Origin: an uncultured Alphaproteobacteria bacterium
GTDB taxonomy: Bacteria; Pseudomonadota; Alphaproteobacteria; HIMB59; GCA-002718135
Assembly: GCA_902518985.1 (NCBI GenBank)
Contig: CABYIF010000001.1
Location: 8,814-72,813 of the forward strand
Reading direction: 5' to 3'
DNA: 64,000 bases
Positions 50,928 through 60,544 of the stretch are shown here, piece by piece (within the stretch, counting starts at the first letter, position 1; every line of letters starts with the position of its first letter). Position numbers and translations under genes: made by a program. Below the pieces are notes generated by a model. It made no database searches. It was given only the letters and a program-made list of their open reading frames with translations, and was not told the DNA's origin.

Positions 50928-52109
50928 ATGAAAGAAATACGCTCAAATATTAATATTATTGGCGGGGGTCTAATAGGTGCCTCAGTTGGTTATTCTCTAT
51001 CTTTACTTGGCTATAAAATAACTATAATTGAAAAAAATAACCAATATAACTCTGCTAAAGATAAAGATCATAGAACTATAGCGGTATCTGAGGGAACTAA
51101 GAATTTTCTCACTAACATTGATATTTGGCCAAGTATAAAAAATTTTTCACAACCTATAAAAAAAATAAAAGTAATAGATAGAAAAATCTCTAACATACTA
51201 GAATTTGATAATAATAGAAGAGGCTCAAACCTGGGTTACATTGTAAAGAATAAATATTTGTTGGATATTCTTTATAAAAAATTAAAAAATAATAAAAACA
51301 TAACTATCTTAAACAACTCTTTAGTTGAGAGTTTTCAAATGCAAAATGATTGCATTATTACTAATTTGGGAAATCAAATGATTTTATCAGACTTAAATAT
51401 TGCTGCAGATGGAAAAAAAAGTTCTGTTAGAAAATACTTAAAAACACCTATTTTTAATAAAAATTATAAAAAATCAGCATTGGTTTTAACCTTTACTCAT
51501 TCTAAAAACCACAACAGTACAGCATTTGAATTTTTTTATAAAAATGGACCTCTTGCAATTCTTCCTATGCAAAAAGTTAATAATACTTTTGTAAGTTCAA
51601 TTGTTTGGACAAATGATAGCGGCTATTTAGAGCAGGTTCACAAAACTAATAATAAAAATCTTTTATCAATCTTAAATCAAAACACCCAGCATGTTATTGG
51701 AAATATAAATAAAATTTTAACTAAACAACTATTTCCAATTACTGCACATTTAAATACAAGCTTCTTTAAACAAAGAACAATATATATAGGTGACGCAGCC
51801 CACTCTTTTCATCCAATAGCTGGACAAGGATGGAATTTGGGAATGAAAGATGTAGAAAACCTGTTCTATCTGGCTAAAAATTACAAGGCCTTAGGGATAG
51901 ATGTTGGAGATAATATTTTTTGTAAAAAATATCATAATGAAAATTTTTACAATGCTTTTAGATTATATCAAGTGACAGATAAGCTTGATCACGTATTTAA
52001 AAATCAAAACCCTTTACTCACTATTGGAAGAAAATTAGGATTAAGCTTTATTCAAAAAAATAAAAAAATTAACAATATGATTAGTGATTTTGCTATGGGA
52101 ATTAATTAA
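50928..52109 (+). CDS. UbiH/UbiF/Coq6-family FAD-dependent ubiquinone hydroxylase
   Basis: 393 aa with a GxGxxG fold (IIGGGLIGAS) and GDAAHSFHPIAGQGWNLGMKD. Confidence 0.8.
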   Translation: MKEIRSNINIIGGGLIGASVGYSLSLLGYKITIIEKNNQYNSAKDKDHRTIAVSEGTKNFLTNIDIWPSIKNFSQPIKKIKVIDRKISNILEFDNNRRGSNLGYIVKNKYLLDILYKKLKNNKNITILNNSLVESFQMQNDCIITNLGNQMILSDLNIAADGKKSSVRKYLKTPIFNKNYKKSALVLTFTHSKNHNSTAFEFFYKNGPLAILPMQKVNNTFVSSIVWTNDSGYLEQVHKTNNKNLLSILNQNTQHVIGNINKILTKQLFPITAHLNTSFFKQRTIYIGDAAHSFHPIAGQGWNLGMKDVENLFYLAKNYKALGIDVGDNIFCKKYHNENFYNAFRLYQVTDKLDHVFKNQNPLLTIGRKLGLSFIQKNKKINNMISDFAMGIN

Positions 52110-52695
52110 CTACTTTGTCAGACAAATCACCAGCAAGTTCTAAATCAATTATGGATAGCAGTTTACTATAGAAATCAACAGAATTTTCAGTTTCAAGTAA
52201 TGCCTGCTTATCAATATTTTTAAAAGGAGAAACCATTGCAATAAACTTTATTATTTGATCAGTTTCGATATTTTCAATCTCCTCTAAATTTAAATCAATA
52301 CTTTTTATTTGAATGTAATTTTTGTATTTTTTAATTAAGGAATATCTCTGGTCTTCCGAAAAAGCATAATAATCTTGATTATTTTCTATAAGCTCAGCAC
52401 TAATCATCCTAAAATTATAATCAGGTCCTAATTCTTTAATAACCTTAAAACAACTAGTGCCTTGCAAGCTTATTAAATATCTTCCGTCATTAGTTTCGTT
52501 AAAGCTATGTATTTTACCTATGCAACCGATACTAAACAAATCTCCATTTTCATCTGTTTGAATCATTCCAATTAATCTATCTCTTCCCAAAGAATAATTA
52601 ACCATTTCTAAATACCTTTTTTCAAAGATATTAAGAGGAAGACTTGTGCCTGGAAACAAAACTGCCCCATTTAATGGAAATATTGGTAATTCCAT
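52102..52695 (-). CDS. LON N-terminal (substrate-binding) domain protein
   Basis: 197 aa with LPIFPL.GAVLFPG..LPLNIFE.RY..M, typical of stand-alone Lon N-domain proteins. Confidence 0.75.
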   Translation of the reverse strand: MELPIFPLNGAVLFPGTSLPLNIFEKRYLEMVNYSLGRDRLIGMIQTDENGDLFSIGCIGKIHSFNETNDGRYLISLQGTSCFKVIKELGPDYNFRMISAELIENNQDYYAFSEDQRYSLIKKYKNYIQIKSIDLNLEEIENIETDQIIKFIAMVSPFKNIDKQALLETENSVDFYSKLLSIIDLELAGDLSDKVVN

Positions 52696-52696
52696 T

Positions 52697-53563
52697 TCAA
52701 GAAAACATAATTTGAGAAAGTTTTTTTCTATAATGAATTGTATGCTCGTTTGAATTACCTAGTGCCCCAAAAAACTCCACCATTTTTTCTTTAACCTTAT
52801 CTTTGTTTTTTGAATAATGCTTTAATAACAAATCAAAACAATTTTCATAATCTTGTATTGAGAAATACTTGTCTGCAATTTCAACAATCAAACTTATATC
52901 ATTAGGTTTCTTATTTAATCTATTTATTAATTCTTCAATATCTGGTCCTGATAAATTTCCACTTATTATTTTCATTTTCTTTAACAATTGTTTTATTTCA
53001 TCATTATCTTGTATATCTTTTTCTAAAGACTCAATAAACGCATTAGCTTCTTCAAACTGCTTTTGTTCTATGAGGCACTCTAAATAAAAAATTATCGCCG
53101 GAACCTCATTAGAATTTTTTGATATAAATTCAATTAGCGTATCTTTTGTTTCTTCAAATTTTTTTTCTGCTATAGCGTTTTTTATTTGCTCATAAAATTC
53201 ACTAAAATCATCTTTAATTTTTGATCCTAAAGATTTCTCTATAAATTCTATTACTTGATTTTCAGGAAGAACACCTTGAAAAGCATTAACTATTTGTTTG
53301 TCTTTAAAAGCAAAGACAGTTGGAATTGATTGGATTTTTAGATGCGAAGCAATTTGCTGATTTTCATCAATATTAATTTTAACCAAAACAATTTTGCCAC
53401 CTGAATTTTTAGTAACTTTTTCTAAAGTTGGCGTTAGTTGTTTACAAGGACCACACCAAGGAGCCCAAAAATCTACAACAATTAAGTTATTAACACTTGC
53501 TTCTACAACCTTATCGTTAAATTCGCTTTCATTGATATCTAATATGTTTGTTGTTTTGTTCAT
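52697..53563 (-). CDS. thioredoxin-domain protein with C-terminal TPR-like region (YbbN/CnoX-like)
   Basis: 288 aa with VDFWAPWCGPCKQL, followed by a helical repeat region. Confidence 0.8.
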   Translation of the reverse strand: MNKTTNILDINESEFNDKVVEASVNNLIVVDFWAPWCGPCKQLTPTLEKVTKNSGGKIVLVKINIDENQQIASHLKIQSIPTVFAFKDKQIVNAFQGVLPENQVIEFIEKSLGSKIKDDFSEFYEQIKNAIAEKKFEETKDTLIEFISKNSNEVPAIIFYLECLIEQKQFEEANAFIESLEKDIQDNDEIKQLLKKMKIISGNLSGPDIEELINRLNKKPNDISLIVEIADKYFSIQDYENCFDLLLKHYSKNKDKVKEKMVEFFGALGNSNEHTIHYRKKLSQIMFS

Positions 53564-54072
53564 AAAATATTAACTACACTATAATCATCTAGTGAAAAAA
53601 TATTAACCTTTTTTTTATTTTCAAGAATAAAACTAATAAAGTCACTTGTTTTTATTGAAATCGTTGTTGTGTTTACAAGTGGATGAAAGTTTATAATCTC
53701 ACTTTTAAAGAGTTTTTCATCTAAATAAAAAATCACAACATTGTTCTTATCATTTAATAGAGCATAAGGGGAAACAGACCCCGGTTTTATTCCCAGGTAT
53801 TGATCTAAATATTTTTCGTTTGCAAATGATAGGTTTTTTGCATCAATTGACTTAGAAAATCGCTTAATATCAACATCTGCATTTTCATCACAAGAGAAAA
53901 GAAAAAATTTATTTTTTTTATTTTTTAAAAATAAGTTTTTAGTGTGAGATCCATCTATTTTTCCTCTAAAATTTTCAGAATCCTCAACTGTAAAAAGCGG
54001 TTTGTGGTTATGTATTTGAAAATTTATCCCTTTTTCACTAATTAATTTTAATAAATCTGATTCTGTTAGCAT
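53560..54072 (-). CDS. YbaK/ProX-type aminoacyl-tRNA deacylase domain protein
   Basis: 170 aa. The HTKNLFLK...GS.SP pattern is typical of prolyl-tRNA-synthetase-associated editing domains. Confidence 0.65.
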   Translation of the reverse strand: MLTESDLLKLISEKGINFQIHNHKPLFTVEDSENFRGKIDGSHTKNLFLKNKKNKFFLFSCDENADVDIKRFSKSIDAKNLSFANEKYLDQYLGIKPGSVSPYALLNDKNNVVIFYLDEKLFKSEIINFHPLVNTTTISIKTSDFISFILENKKKVNIFSLDDYSVVNIL

Positions 54073-54129
54073 AAATAGTACTATATTTATTTAGAAATAA
54101 GGTATTTAAATAAAATTAGTAAATTAACA

Positions 54130-55611
54130 ATGAATAAAAAAGCAGTAGTAATAGGAAGTGGTTTTGGGGGAATTGCAATAAGTCTCAGACTAAGAAAATT
54201 AGGCTATGAAACAACTATTATTGAAAAACTCAATGAAATAGGAGGTAGAGCAAGAGTTTTTGAGATTAATGGATACAAACATGATGCTGGTCCTACTGTA
54301 ATTACGGCCCCATTTCTTTTTGATGAATTATTTGAATTATTTAATAAAAAAAGACAAGATTATTTAAAATTTGTCCCTCTAGAACCGTGGTACAGGTATT
54401 ATTTTCATGACGGTAGAACTTTTGATTATTGTTCAACAATAGATAAAACTAACCAACAAATAAGTAAGTATGATAAGAGTGATATAGATGGGTATAAAAA
54501 ACTTTTAAATCAATCAAAAAAGATTTTTGACGTAGGGTTCACAAAATTATCAGATAAACCATTTATTTCATTTTTTAAAATGATTAAAGTGATTCCAAAT
54601 TTAATTTTTTTACAAAGCTATTTGACTGTTTCGCAGCTAGTAAATAAATATCTCAAAAACCCTTACCTTAGAAAAGCTTTTTCAATTCACCCACTTTTAG
54701 TTGGTGGTGACCCACATACAACCACATCTATATATGCCTTAATACATTATTTGGAGAGAAAATGGGGTGTGTTTTTTTGTATGGGAGGAACTGGTAAGAT
54801 TGTTTCTGAGCTTAAAAAATTAATGATAAATTGTAACATTGAAATAAAAACAAATACGGAAGTAAAAGAATTTATTGTAGAAAATAATAAAATTTCAAAA
54901 ATTATTACAGATAAAGAAGAAATTACTAACTTTGATCTTGTGGTTTGTAATGCTGATCCACCAGTTGTTTATTCCAAATTATTAAAAAAATATAACTTAA
55001 AAAGACCTTTCAAAAAAGAGAAAAATCTTCTCTATTCCATGGGGCTTTTTGTTCTTTTTTTTGGAACTAAAAAAAAATATAATGATGTAGCTCATCACAC
55101 TATCTGGATGACTGAAAGATTTAAATCTTTATTGCATGATATATTTAGAAAAAAAATTTTATCGAAAGACTTTTCTTTATACATCCATAGACCTACGGCT
55201 ACAGATAAATCATTTGCGCCTGAGGGCTGCGATAGTTTTTATGTATTGTGTCCCGTTCCTAATCTTCAAGGTAATATTAATTGGGATAAAGAATCAGAAA
55301 TTCTTAAAGACAGAATTATTAGTGAATTATCCAACACCATAATGCCAGATTTAGAAAAAACGGTAACAGATGTTTTTTGGATGAACCCAAATGATTTTAA
55401 TAAAGATTATAATTCTATGCATGGGTCTGGGTTTTCGATAGCACCTATTTTTACGCAATCAGCCTGGTTTCGTTATCATAACAAAGACAAAAAGATAAAA
55501 AATTTATATTTTTCTACTGCTGGAGCTCATCCAGGGGCTGGTATACCAGGAGTCCTCTCATCTGCTAAAGTTGTAGAAAATATTATTAAAAAAGAATTAA
55601 ATATTAAGTGA
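54130..55611 (+). CDS. crtI: phytoene desaturase
   Basis: 493 aa. N-terminal FAD fold VIGSGFGG....L...G..T.IEK....GGR and C-terminal GAHPGAGIPGV. Confidence 0.9.
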   Translation: MNKKAVVIGSGFGGIAISLRLRKLGYETTIIEKLNEIGGRARVFEINGYKHDAGPTVITAPFLFDELFELFNKKRQDYLKFVPLEPWYRYYFHDGRTFDYCSTIDKTNQQISKYDKSDIDGYKKLLNQSKKIFDVGFTKLSDKPFISFFKMIKVIPNLIFLQSYLTVSQLVNKYLKNPYLRKAFSIHPLLVGGDPHTTTSIYALIHYLERKWGVFFCMGGTGKIVSELKKLMINCNIEIKTNTEVKEFIVENNKISKIITDKEEITNFDLVVCNADPPVVYSKLLKKYNLKRPFKKEKNLLYSMGLFVLFFGTKKKYNDVAHHTIWMTERFKSLLHDIFRKKILSKDFSLYIHRPTATDKSFAPEGCDSFYVLCPVPNLQGNINWDKESEILKDRIISELSNTIMPDLEKTVTDVFWMNPNDFNKDYNSMHGSGFSIAPIFTQSAWFRYHNKDKKIKNLYFSTAGAHPGAGIPGVLSSAKVVENIIKKELNIK

Positions 55612-56489
55612 AACATCTAAAAATTAACTCAACTCATGATTTAAGAAAAGAGGGCAAAAGTTTTTATTGGGCAAGCTTTTTTCTACCTAGAAAGTCAAAA
55701 CTAGAAGCTGGTACCCTCTACTCAATTTGTAGATATTTTGATAATATTGCAGACGAAAACAATGAAGACAAAACTGTATTTTTAAGAGAGTCAATTGAAC
55801 AAATTAAAAAAGACAAAAAAAATGATGTGAATATTTTTTTAAAAAAAAACAATATAAATGTAACAATATTTTCAGATCTAATTGAAGGATTGATAATTGA
55901 TCAAAAAACAGTCATTATTAAAAATAGGAATGATCTAATAAAATACTCTTATCATGTAGCTGGGACAGTAGGCTTAATGATGTCAAAAATTATTGGAGTA
56001 AAAAGTGACAAGGCAGCACCTTGTGCTATTGATTTAGGCATTGCAATGCAATTAACTAACATTGCTCGAGATGTTTACGAAGACGCTCAAATGCAAAGAG
56101 TCTATTTACCCTCTGAATGGCTTCCAAATATTAATCTTTTGAACTTAAAAGACAAAAATAGTATTAATTTAGACCAAGAAAAACAAATATCAGATGCAAT
56201 TCATCGAATAATTGATTTATCTAATAATTTTTATAAAAATGGATTTGCAGGTTTGCGTTTTATTCCTTTAAAAACAAGATTGGGAATCTATATTGCTGCT
56301 AATGTTTACAGAGGCATTGGTATTAAAATAAAAAAAAATGGAAAAAAATATTTAAAAAAAAGAATTTATTTAAATTCATTTGAAAAAACATTAATAACAA
56401 TAAAATCAATTATTTTATTTATATTTATTCCAATCATTAATTATAAATATTTAATCTTGAGAGAAAATCTACCCAATGAAAATTTATAA
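55608..56489 (+). CDS. crtB: phytoene synthase
   Basis: 293 aa with a GTG start in a GTGA overlap. Motifs YSICRYFDNIADE and NIARDVYEDAQMQRVYLP. Confidence 0.9.
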   Translation: MKHLKINSTHDLRKEGKSFYWASFFLPRKSKLEAGTLYSICRYFDNIADENNEDKTVFLRESIEQIKKDKKNDVNIFLKKNNINVTIFSDLIEGLIIDQKTVIIKNRNDLIKYSYHVAGTVGLMMSKIIGVKSDKAAPCAIDLGIAMQLTNIARDVYEDAQMQRVYLPSEWLPNINLLNLKDKNSINLDQEKQISDAIHRIIDLSNNFYKNGFAGLRFIPLKTRLGIYIAANVYRGIGIKIKKNGKKYLKKRIYLNSFEKTLITIKSIILFIFIPIINYKYLILRENLPNENL

Positions 56490-57561
56490 AGCGGCTATTA
56501 TTGGACTGGGGCCAAGTGGTTTAGCGGTAAACAAATTAATATATGGTAAAAAAGAAGATGAAGTTATTGCATTCGAAAATACAAATTTCAAAAATAGGAA
56601 CAATTTATTTGGTTTTTGGCTAACTGATTGGATGAAGCCTTTTGAAAAACTAATTAAAAAAAAATGGCATAATTGGTCAATAGGCAATGATTTTATAAAA
56701 ATAAATCATTATGAAAAAAATTATCCATATTGTGTAATTAGTTTTGATACTTGGAGAGAATATTGTTTAGATAACCCAAATAAAATAGAAATCAAAATTG
56801 AAAAAGTACTAAGGTACTATCCAGTTAAAAATTACTTCAAAATAATTACAGAAGATAAAAGAGAATATTTTGCAGAGAAAATTTACGACTCAAGATCAAT
56901 TAAACATAAAAATAACGAACTCATTCAACACTTCTTTGGCATTAACATTACGACAGAAGACAATAAATTTCATGAAAACGAAGCTACACTGATGCATTTT
57001 ACACAAGAAGAGAGTATGTTACATTTTATATATGCTCTTCCGTTTAGTCATAATAAAGCACTTATTGAGTCAACAGTATTCTCAAAAGAAATTTTAACTG
57101 AGAATTGGTATAGAAACAAAATTGATAAATTTCTTAAAAATTTAAACATTACAAAATACGAAGAAAACGAAATAGAAAGAGGTGTTATACCTATGTTTTC
57201 TGCAGAAGAAAAATCAGCAAATCATCCAAATATTTTTAATATTGGAATAAGGGGTGGGGCATGTAAAACCTCAACTGGCTACGCTTTTTCTTTTTTAATA
57301 AAACAAATACTACTTTTAAAAAAAACCAATAAAAATAAAGTTTATGTTCATAATTTTATTGAGACAGAAATGGATAAAATATTTATAAAATATTTAAAAA
57401 ATTTTAATGAAAATGGTAAATCATTTATTAATTTAGCAAAAAATTTAAATGGTTATGAATTTCAAAGTTTTATGATGGGTCAATCATCACTTCTAACTAA
57501 AATTAAAATAATTAATAGCATGCCAAAGATGCCATTTATAATGTCAATTTTTAAAAATTAA
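56476..57561 (+). CDS. crtY: lycopene beta-cyclase
   Basis: 361 aa with an N-terminal dinucleotide fold IIGLGPSGLA. Position between crtB and blh. Confidence 0.78.
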   Translation: MKIYKAAIIGLGPSGLAVNKLIYGKKEDEVIAFENTNFKNRNNLFGFWLTDWMKPFEKLIKKKWHNWSIGNDFIKINHYEKNYPYCVISFDTWREYCLDNPNKIEIKIEKVLRYYPVKNYFKIITEDKREYFAEKIYDSRSIKHKNNELIQHFFGINITTEDNKFHENEATLMHFTQEESMLHFIYALPFSHNKALIESTVFSKEILTENWYRNKIDKFLKNLNITKYEENEIERGVIPMFSAEEKSANHPNIFNIGIRGGACKTSTGYAFSFLIKQILLLKKTNKNKVYVHNFIETEMDKIFIKYLKNFNENGKSFINLAKNLNGYEFQSFMMGQSSLLTKIKIINSMPKMPFIMSIFKN

Positions 57562-57562
57562 T

Positions 57563-58378
57563 ATGAACGATCTTACGTTTTTTAATATTTTATCTTTTTT
57601 CTTAATATTTTTTATAGGCTTACCTCACGGCTCCTTTGATGGAGCAGTTGCATCCTTAGTTGGTTTTAGGAGTAAAGCAAAATTTCTTCAGTTTCTTTTA
57701 TGTTATTTGATCTTGTTTGCCTTTGTTATTGTGTTTTGGGTTTATTATCCAATAATAGCATTATTAATTTTTCTTATTATGACTATTGCACATTTTGGTT
57801 TGTGTGATTGGGCAAATTTTAAGCTTAAAGATAATAAATATTCAATATGCTTTACTTATGGCATGACAGTAATATTTGGAATAATTTTTTTTAATGAAAA
57901 CCAGTCATTCCAAATATTTAAATACTTAACAAATGATAATATATATTTTTTAAGACCATATTTTTTCATACCCTATATATTAACATTGCTCTCTATATTT
58001 TATTTTATATACTTGTCTTACTATGAGGTTAAATTACGCATTGGCGTTTTAGAAATTTTATTTCTTTTGTTAATTTTTTATTTATTTGACCCACTTCTCT
58101 CTTTCTCAATATATTTCTGTTTTTTTCACACATATAAACATCTTAAAAACTTAATAACTAATGTTTATTTACATCTATCAAATAAAAAATTTGTTATTTT
58201 TTCAACTTTAATTTTTACAACTATTTCTTGGATTGGAGGTTTGGTAGTAATTTTAATTTTAGCTAATAATTTCGATCTTTATGAATCAATTTTACAGGTT
58301 ATTTTCATAGGCCTTGCAGCACTAACTTTACCTCATATGATATTAGTAGATTTTGTATATCGACGAAAATACAATTAA
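57563..58378 (+). CDS. blh: Brp/Blh-family beta-carotene 15,15'-dioxygenase (retinal synthesis)
   Basis: 271 aa polytopic protein with GLPHGSFD, AHFG..D, FHTYKH and LPH motifs, consistent with the four-His pattern of the family. Confidence 0.82.
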   Translation: MNDLTFFNILSFFLIFFIGLPHGSFDGAVASLVGFRSKAKFLQFLLCYLILFAFVIVFWVYYPIIALLIFLIMTIAHFGLCDWANFKLKDNKYSICFTYGMTVIFGIIFFNENQSFQIFKYLTNDNIYFLRPYFFIPYILTLLSIFYFIYLSYYEVKLRIGVLEILFLLLIFYLFDPLLSFSIYFCFFHTYKHLKNLITNVYLHLSNKKFVIFSTLIFTTISWIGGLVVILILANNFDLYESILQVIFIGLAALTLPHMILVDFVYRRKYN

Positions 58379-58431
58379 ATCATTTCGTCTTATATTGACT
58401 TATAAACTTAAAGTGTTAATTGTGATTTTAT

Positions 58432-58506
58432 GCGGGCGTAGCTCAGGGGTAGAGCGCAACCTTGCCAAGGTTGAAGTCGAGGGTTCGAATCCCTTCGCCC
58501 GCTCCA
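58432..58506 (+). tRNA. tRNA-Gly (anticodon GCC), CCA encoded
   Basis: Manual cloverleaf. Acceptor GCGGGCG/CGCCCGC, D-arm GCTC-AGGGGTA-GAGC, anticodon arm CAACC-TTGCCAA-GGTTG, variable AAGTC, T-arm GAGGG-TTCGAAT-CCCTT, then discriminator T and CCA. Confidence 0.93.
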
Positions 58507-58611
58507 AAAACATTGTAATCACTTAATTTTCTGAAAAACCCCCTCAATGCACCTCAATGTACTTTTTTGCTTTTGTAACAGTCAATACATTGAGTATTTA
58601 ATCTTAATATT

Positions 58612-59589
58612 TTAATTAAATATTCTAGTTTCAAAAATTTTTTTAATGATACTTTCTAAAACATTAACCACAACAGTATTGCCAAATTGTTTGTATGAAA
58701 CAGAATCTTTTTGATGTAATTTAAAATTTTCAGGAAAACCAAAAAGTCTTGCACATTCTCGAGGAGCAAGTTTTCTTATTTTATTGTTAATTTGGTATAA
58801 ACCTGTTTTTGCACCTACTCCACCACCATAAGCAGTTAATGCGATTGCATGTCCAAATTGACTATAAATCCTTTCACCTTGCCCACCCTTATTTACTATA
58901 CCAACTCTAAAACTTTTCTGAGGATAACTATTAAACATATCTTTAATTGGTTTTGTTTTAGTTAAAACAATATCATCTCTTTTGATTACATACTTTTTAG
59001 TCTCTTTATCTGGTAAAATTATATCTTTTATTACTGATTCTTTATTGTTTGAATTATCAAAAGAAAAATTTTTGATTTTCAAATTTTTTCTAAATGAAAC
59101 TAAATAAATTCTTTCTCTTTTTTGTGGCACGCCATAACTAGATGCATTTATTACTTTATAAAATGTATTATACCCAATTTCATCTAATGTACTTAATACA
59201 GTAGATAGAGTTTTACCATTATCATGTTCTTTAAAATTCTTAACGTTTTCTAAAAGTAAAACTTTAGGTTTATGATATTTGGCAATTCTGGCAATATCAA
59301 AAAAAAGCGTACCTCTCGTATCTTTAAAACCTAATCTTTTTCCAGATATACTAAATGCTTGACATGGAAAACCTGCACATAAGATCTGATGACTTGGTAT
59401 ATCTTTTTCATGAATTTTAGTAATATCTCCTGAGGGTTTGATTTTAAAATTATCGAAGTATACATCTTGACAATTCTTGTCCCATTCAGATGCAAATACA
59501 CATTTAGTACCAAACTTTTTAAGAGCAATATGAAAACCACCTATACCGCAAAATAAATCTATATAATCAATTTTTCTCTTAGGGTTCAC
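58612..59589 (-). CDS. DNA (cytosine-5) methyltransferase, M.HhaI-like (predicted GCGC specificity)
   Basis: 325 aa with a GTG start. m5C motifs are I DLFCGIGGF, IV GFPCQAFS, VI ENVKNF, VIII QKRERIY, IX RECARLFGFP and X GNTVVVNV. The variable region GIVNKGGQGERIYSQFGHAIALTAYGGG is nearly colinear with my recollection of the M.HhaI target-recognition domain (GIVGKGGQGERIYSTRGIAITLSAYGGG). Confidence 0.92.
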   Translation of the reverse strand: MNPKRKIDYIDLFCGIGGFHIALKKFGTKCVFASEWDKNCQDVYFDNFKIKPSGDITKIHEKDIPSHQILCAGFPCQAFSISGKRLGFKDTRGTLFFDIARIAKYHKPKVLLLENVKNFKEHDNGKTLSTVLSTLDEIGYNTFYKVINASSYGVPQKRERIYLVSFRKNLKIKNFSFDNSNNKESVIKDIILPDKETKKYVIKRDDIVLTKTKPIKDMFNSYPQKSFRVGIVNKGGQGERIYSQFGHAIALTAYGGGVGAKTGLYQINNKIRKLAPRECARLFGFPENFKLHQKDSVSYKQFGNTVVVNVLESIIKKIFETRIFN

Positions 59590-60401
59590 TTTATCATTTC
59601 TAAATATAGTTTATTATCTTCATCATATTTTTCGGAGTCTAACTGTATAGTAAATATCACTGTAGGACTGTTTGTATTACTTTTTTTCTTAATATAATAT
59701 GAATTACTTTCCCCAATTCGTGACAAAAATAACCTTATATCCTGAAATTTAATCTCATTAACACTTCTTATCTGGGTATCGGTCTTTAATGTAATCTTAA
59801 TTCCTTTTTCATCATTACTAAATTCTGCATCTATGTATTTTGTTTTTAAAAAATCAATTATCTCACCTTTATTTTTCTTTGGTAAATAACTAGTGCCACT
59901 TCTTTTTTTTCTGTAGAGACCTTCAACTTTAAAGTTTCTTTTAAAATTTTGTCTATGTATTAAGAAGAAATTATTTTCATTTTTAGACGTTATAATAAAT
60001 TCTATATTTTTTTCTTGGAAATAATTATCAATACATTCATATATTAAATCAATTTCACAATCTAATTTTATACCACTTTGATTTGGGTTTTTGTAGTATT
60101 CATATCTGCCTTTCATATGTTCAAGGATTTTACTTGTTTTAAATACTGCTGACTTTTTTAAATCTCCAAGTTTATAACTTTTATTTTTTTTATCTATCAG
60201 AACAACAAACTGTGATATCTGTGATTTTCTTTCTTTAATTTCTATATTAAATATATTTTTATTTTTTTTAAAAATCTTAATGTCAACTTCATTTGAGTCT
60301 GACCCACCAACCCCACTGGAGGGTCCAACAATATTTACCATTCCTTTGGAAATATCACTTAGAAAAGATTCTGCATATTTCTCAGTTATTTTCCAATTCA
60401 T
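59586..60401 (-). CDS. type II restriction endonuclease candidate (PD-(D/E)xK-like), partner of the M.HhaI-like methylase
   Basis: 271 aa. Its stop overlaps the methylase GTG start (GTGA). Candidate catalytic motif VD-X13-EIK (SNEVDIKIFKKNKNIFNIEIKERK). Size is close to that of R.HhaI-type enzymes. Confidence 0.6.
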   Translation of the reverse strand: MNWKITEKYAESFLSDISKGMVNIVGPSSGVGGSDSNEVDIKIFKKNKNIFNIEIKERKSQISQFVVLIDKKNKSYKLGDLKKSAVFKTSKILEHMKGRYEYYKNPNQSGIKLDCEIDLIYECIDNYFQEKNIEFIITSKNENNFFLIHRQNFKRNFKVEGLYRKKRSGTSYLPKKNKGEIIDFLKTKYIDAEFSNDEKGIKITLKTDTQIRSVNEIKFQDIRLFLSRIGESNSYYIKKKSNTNSPTVIFTIQLDSEKYDEDNKLYLEMIK

Positions 60402-60544
60402 AAACTGAGTTTAGCAAATTATTCTGCATCAACCAACTTTCTTACAGTTAGTTTTTAAAAAAAGTTAAGAATATACAATGCACCTTCAATGCACTTTTTG
60501 AGAAAAGCATTATATACTCTAGATAATTAAAAGTGAGTGAAGTA

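Noticed and set aside
58395-58423. A sigma-70 promoter for tRNA-Gly (TTGACT at 58395-58400).
   Set aside because: The -35 is good but no convincing -10 lies at 16-18 nt spacing, where TAATTG matches only 2/6. That is too weak to annotate.
58553-58594. The inverted repeat ctcaatgta...tacattgag as the terminator of the methyltransferase gene.
   Set aside because: It has a 24-nt loop and no U-tract on the minus-strand transcript. It is more economically explained as an inverted copy of the cassette-A 9-mer motif.
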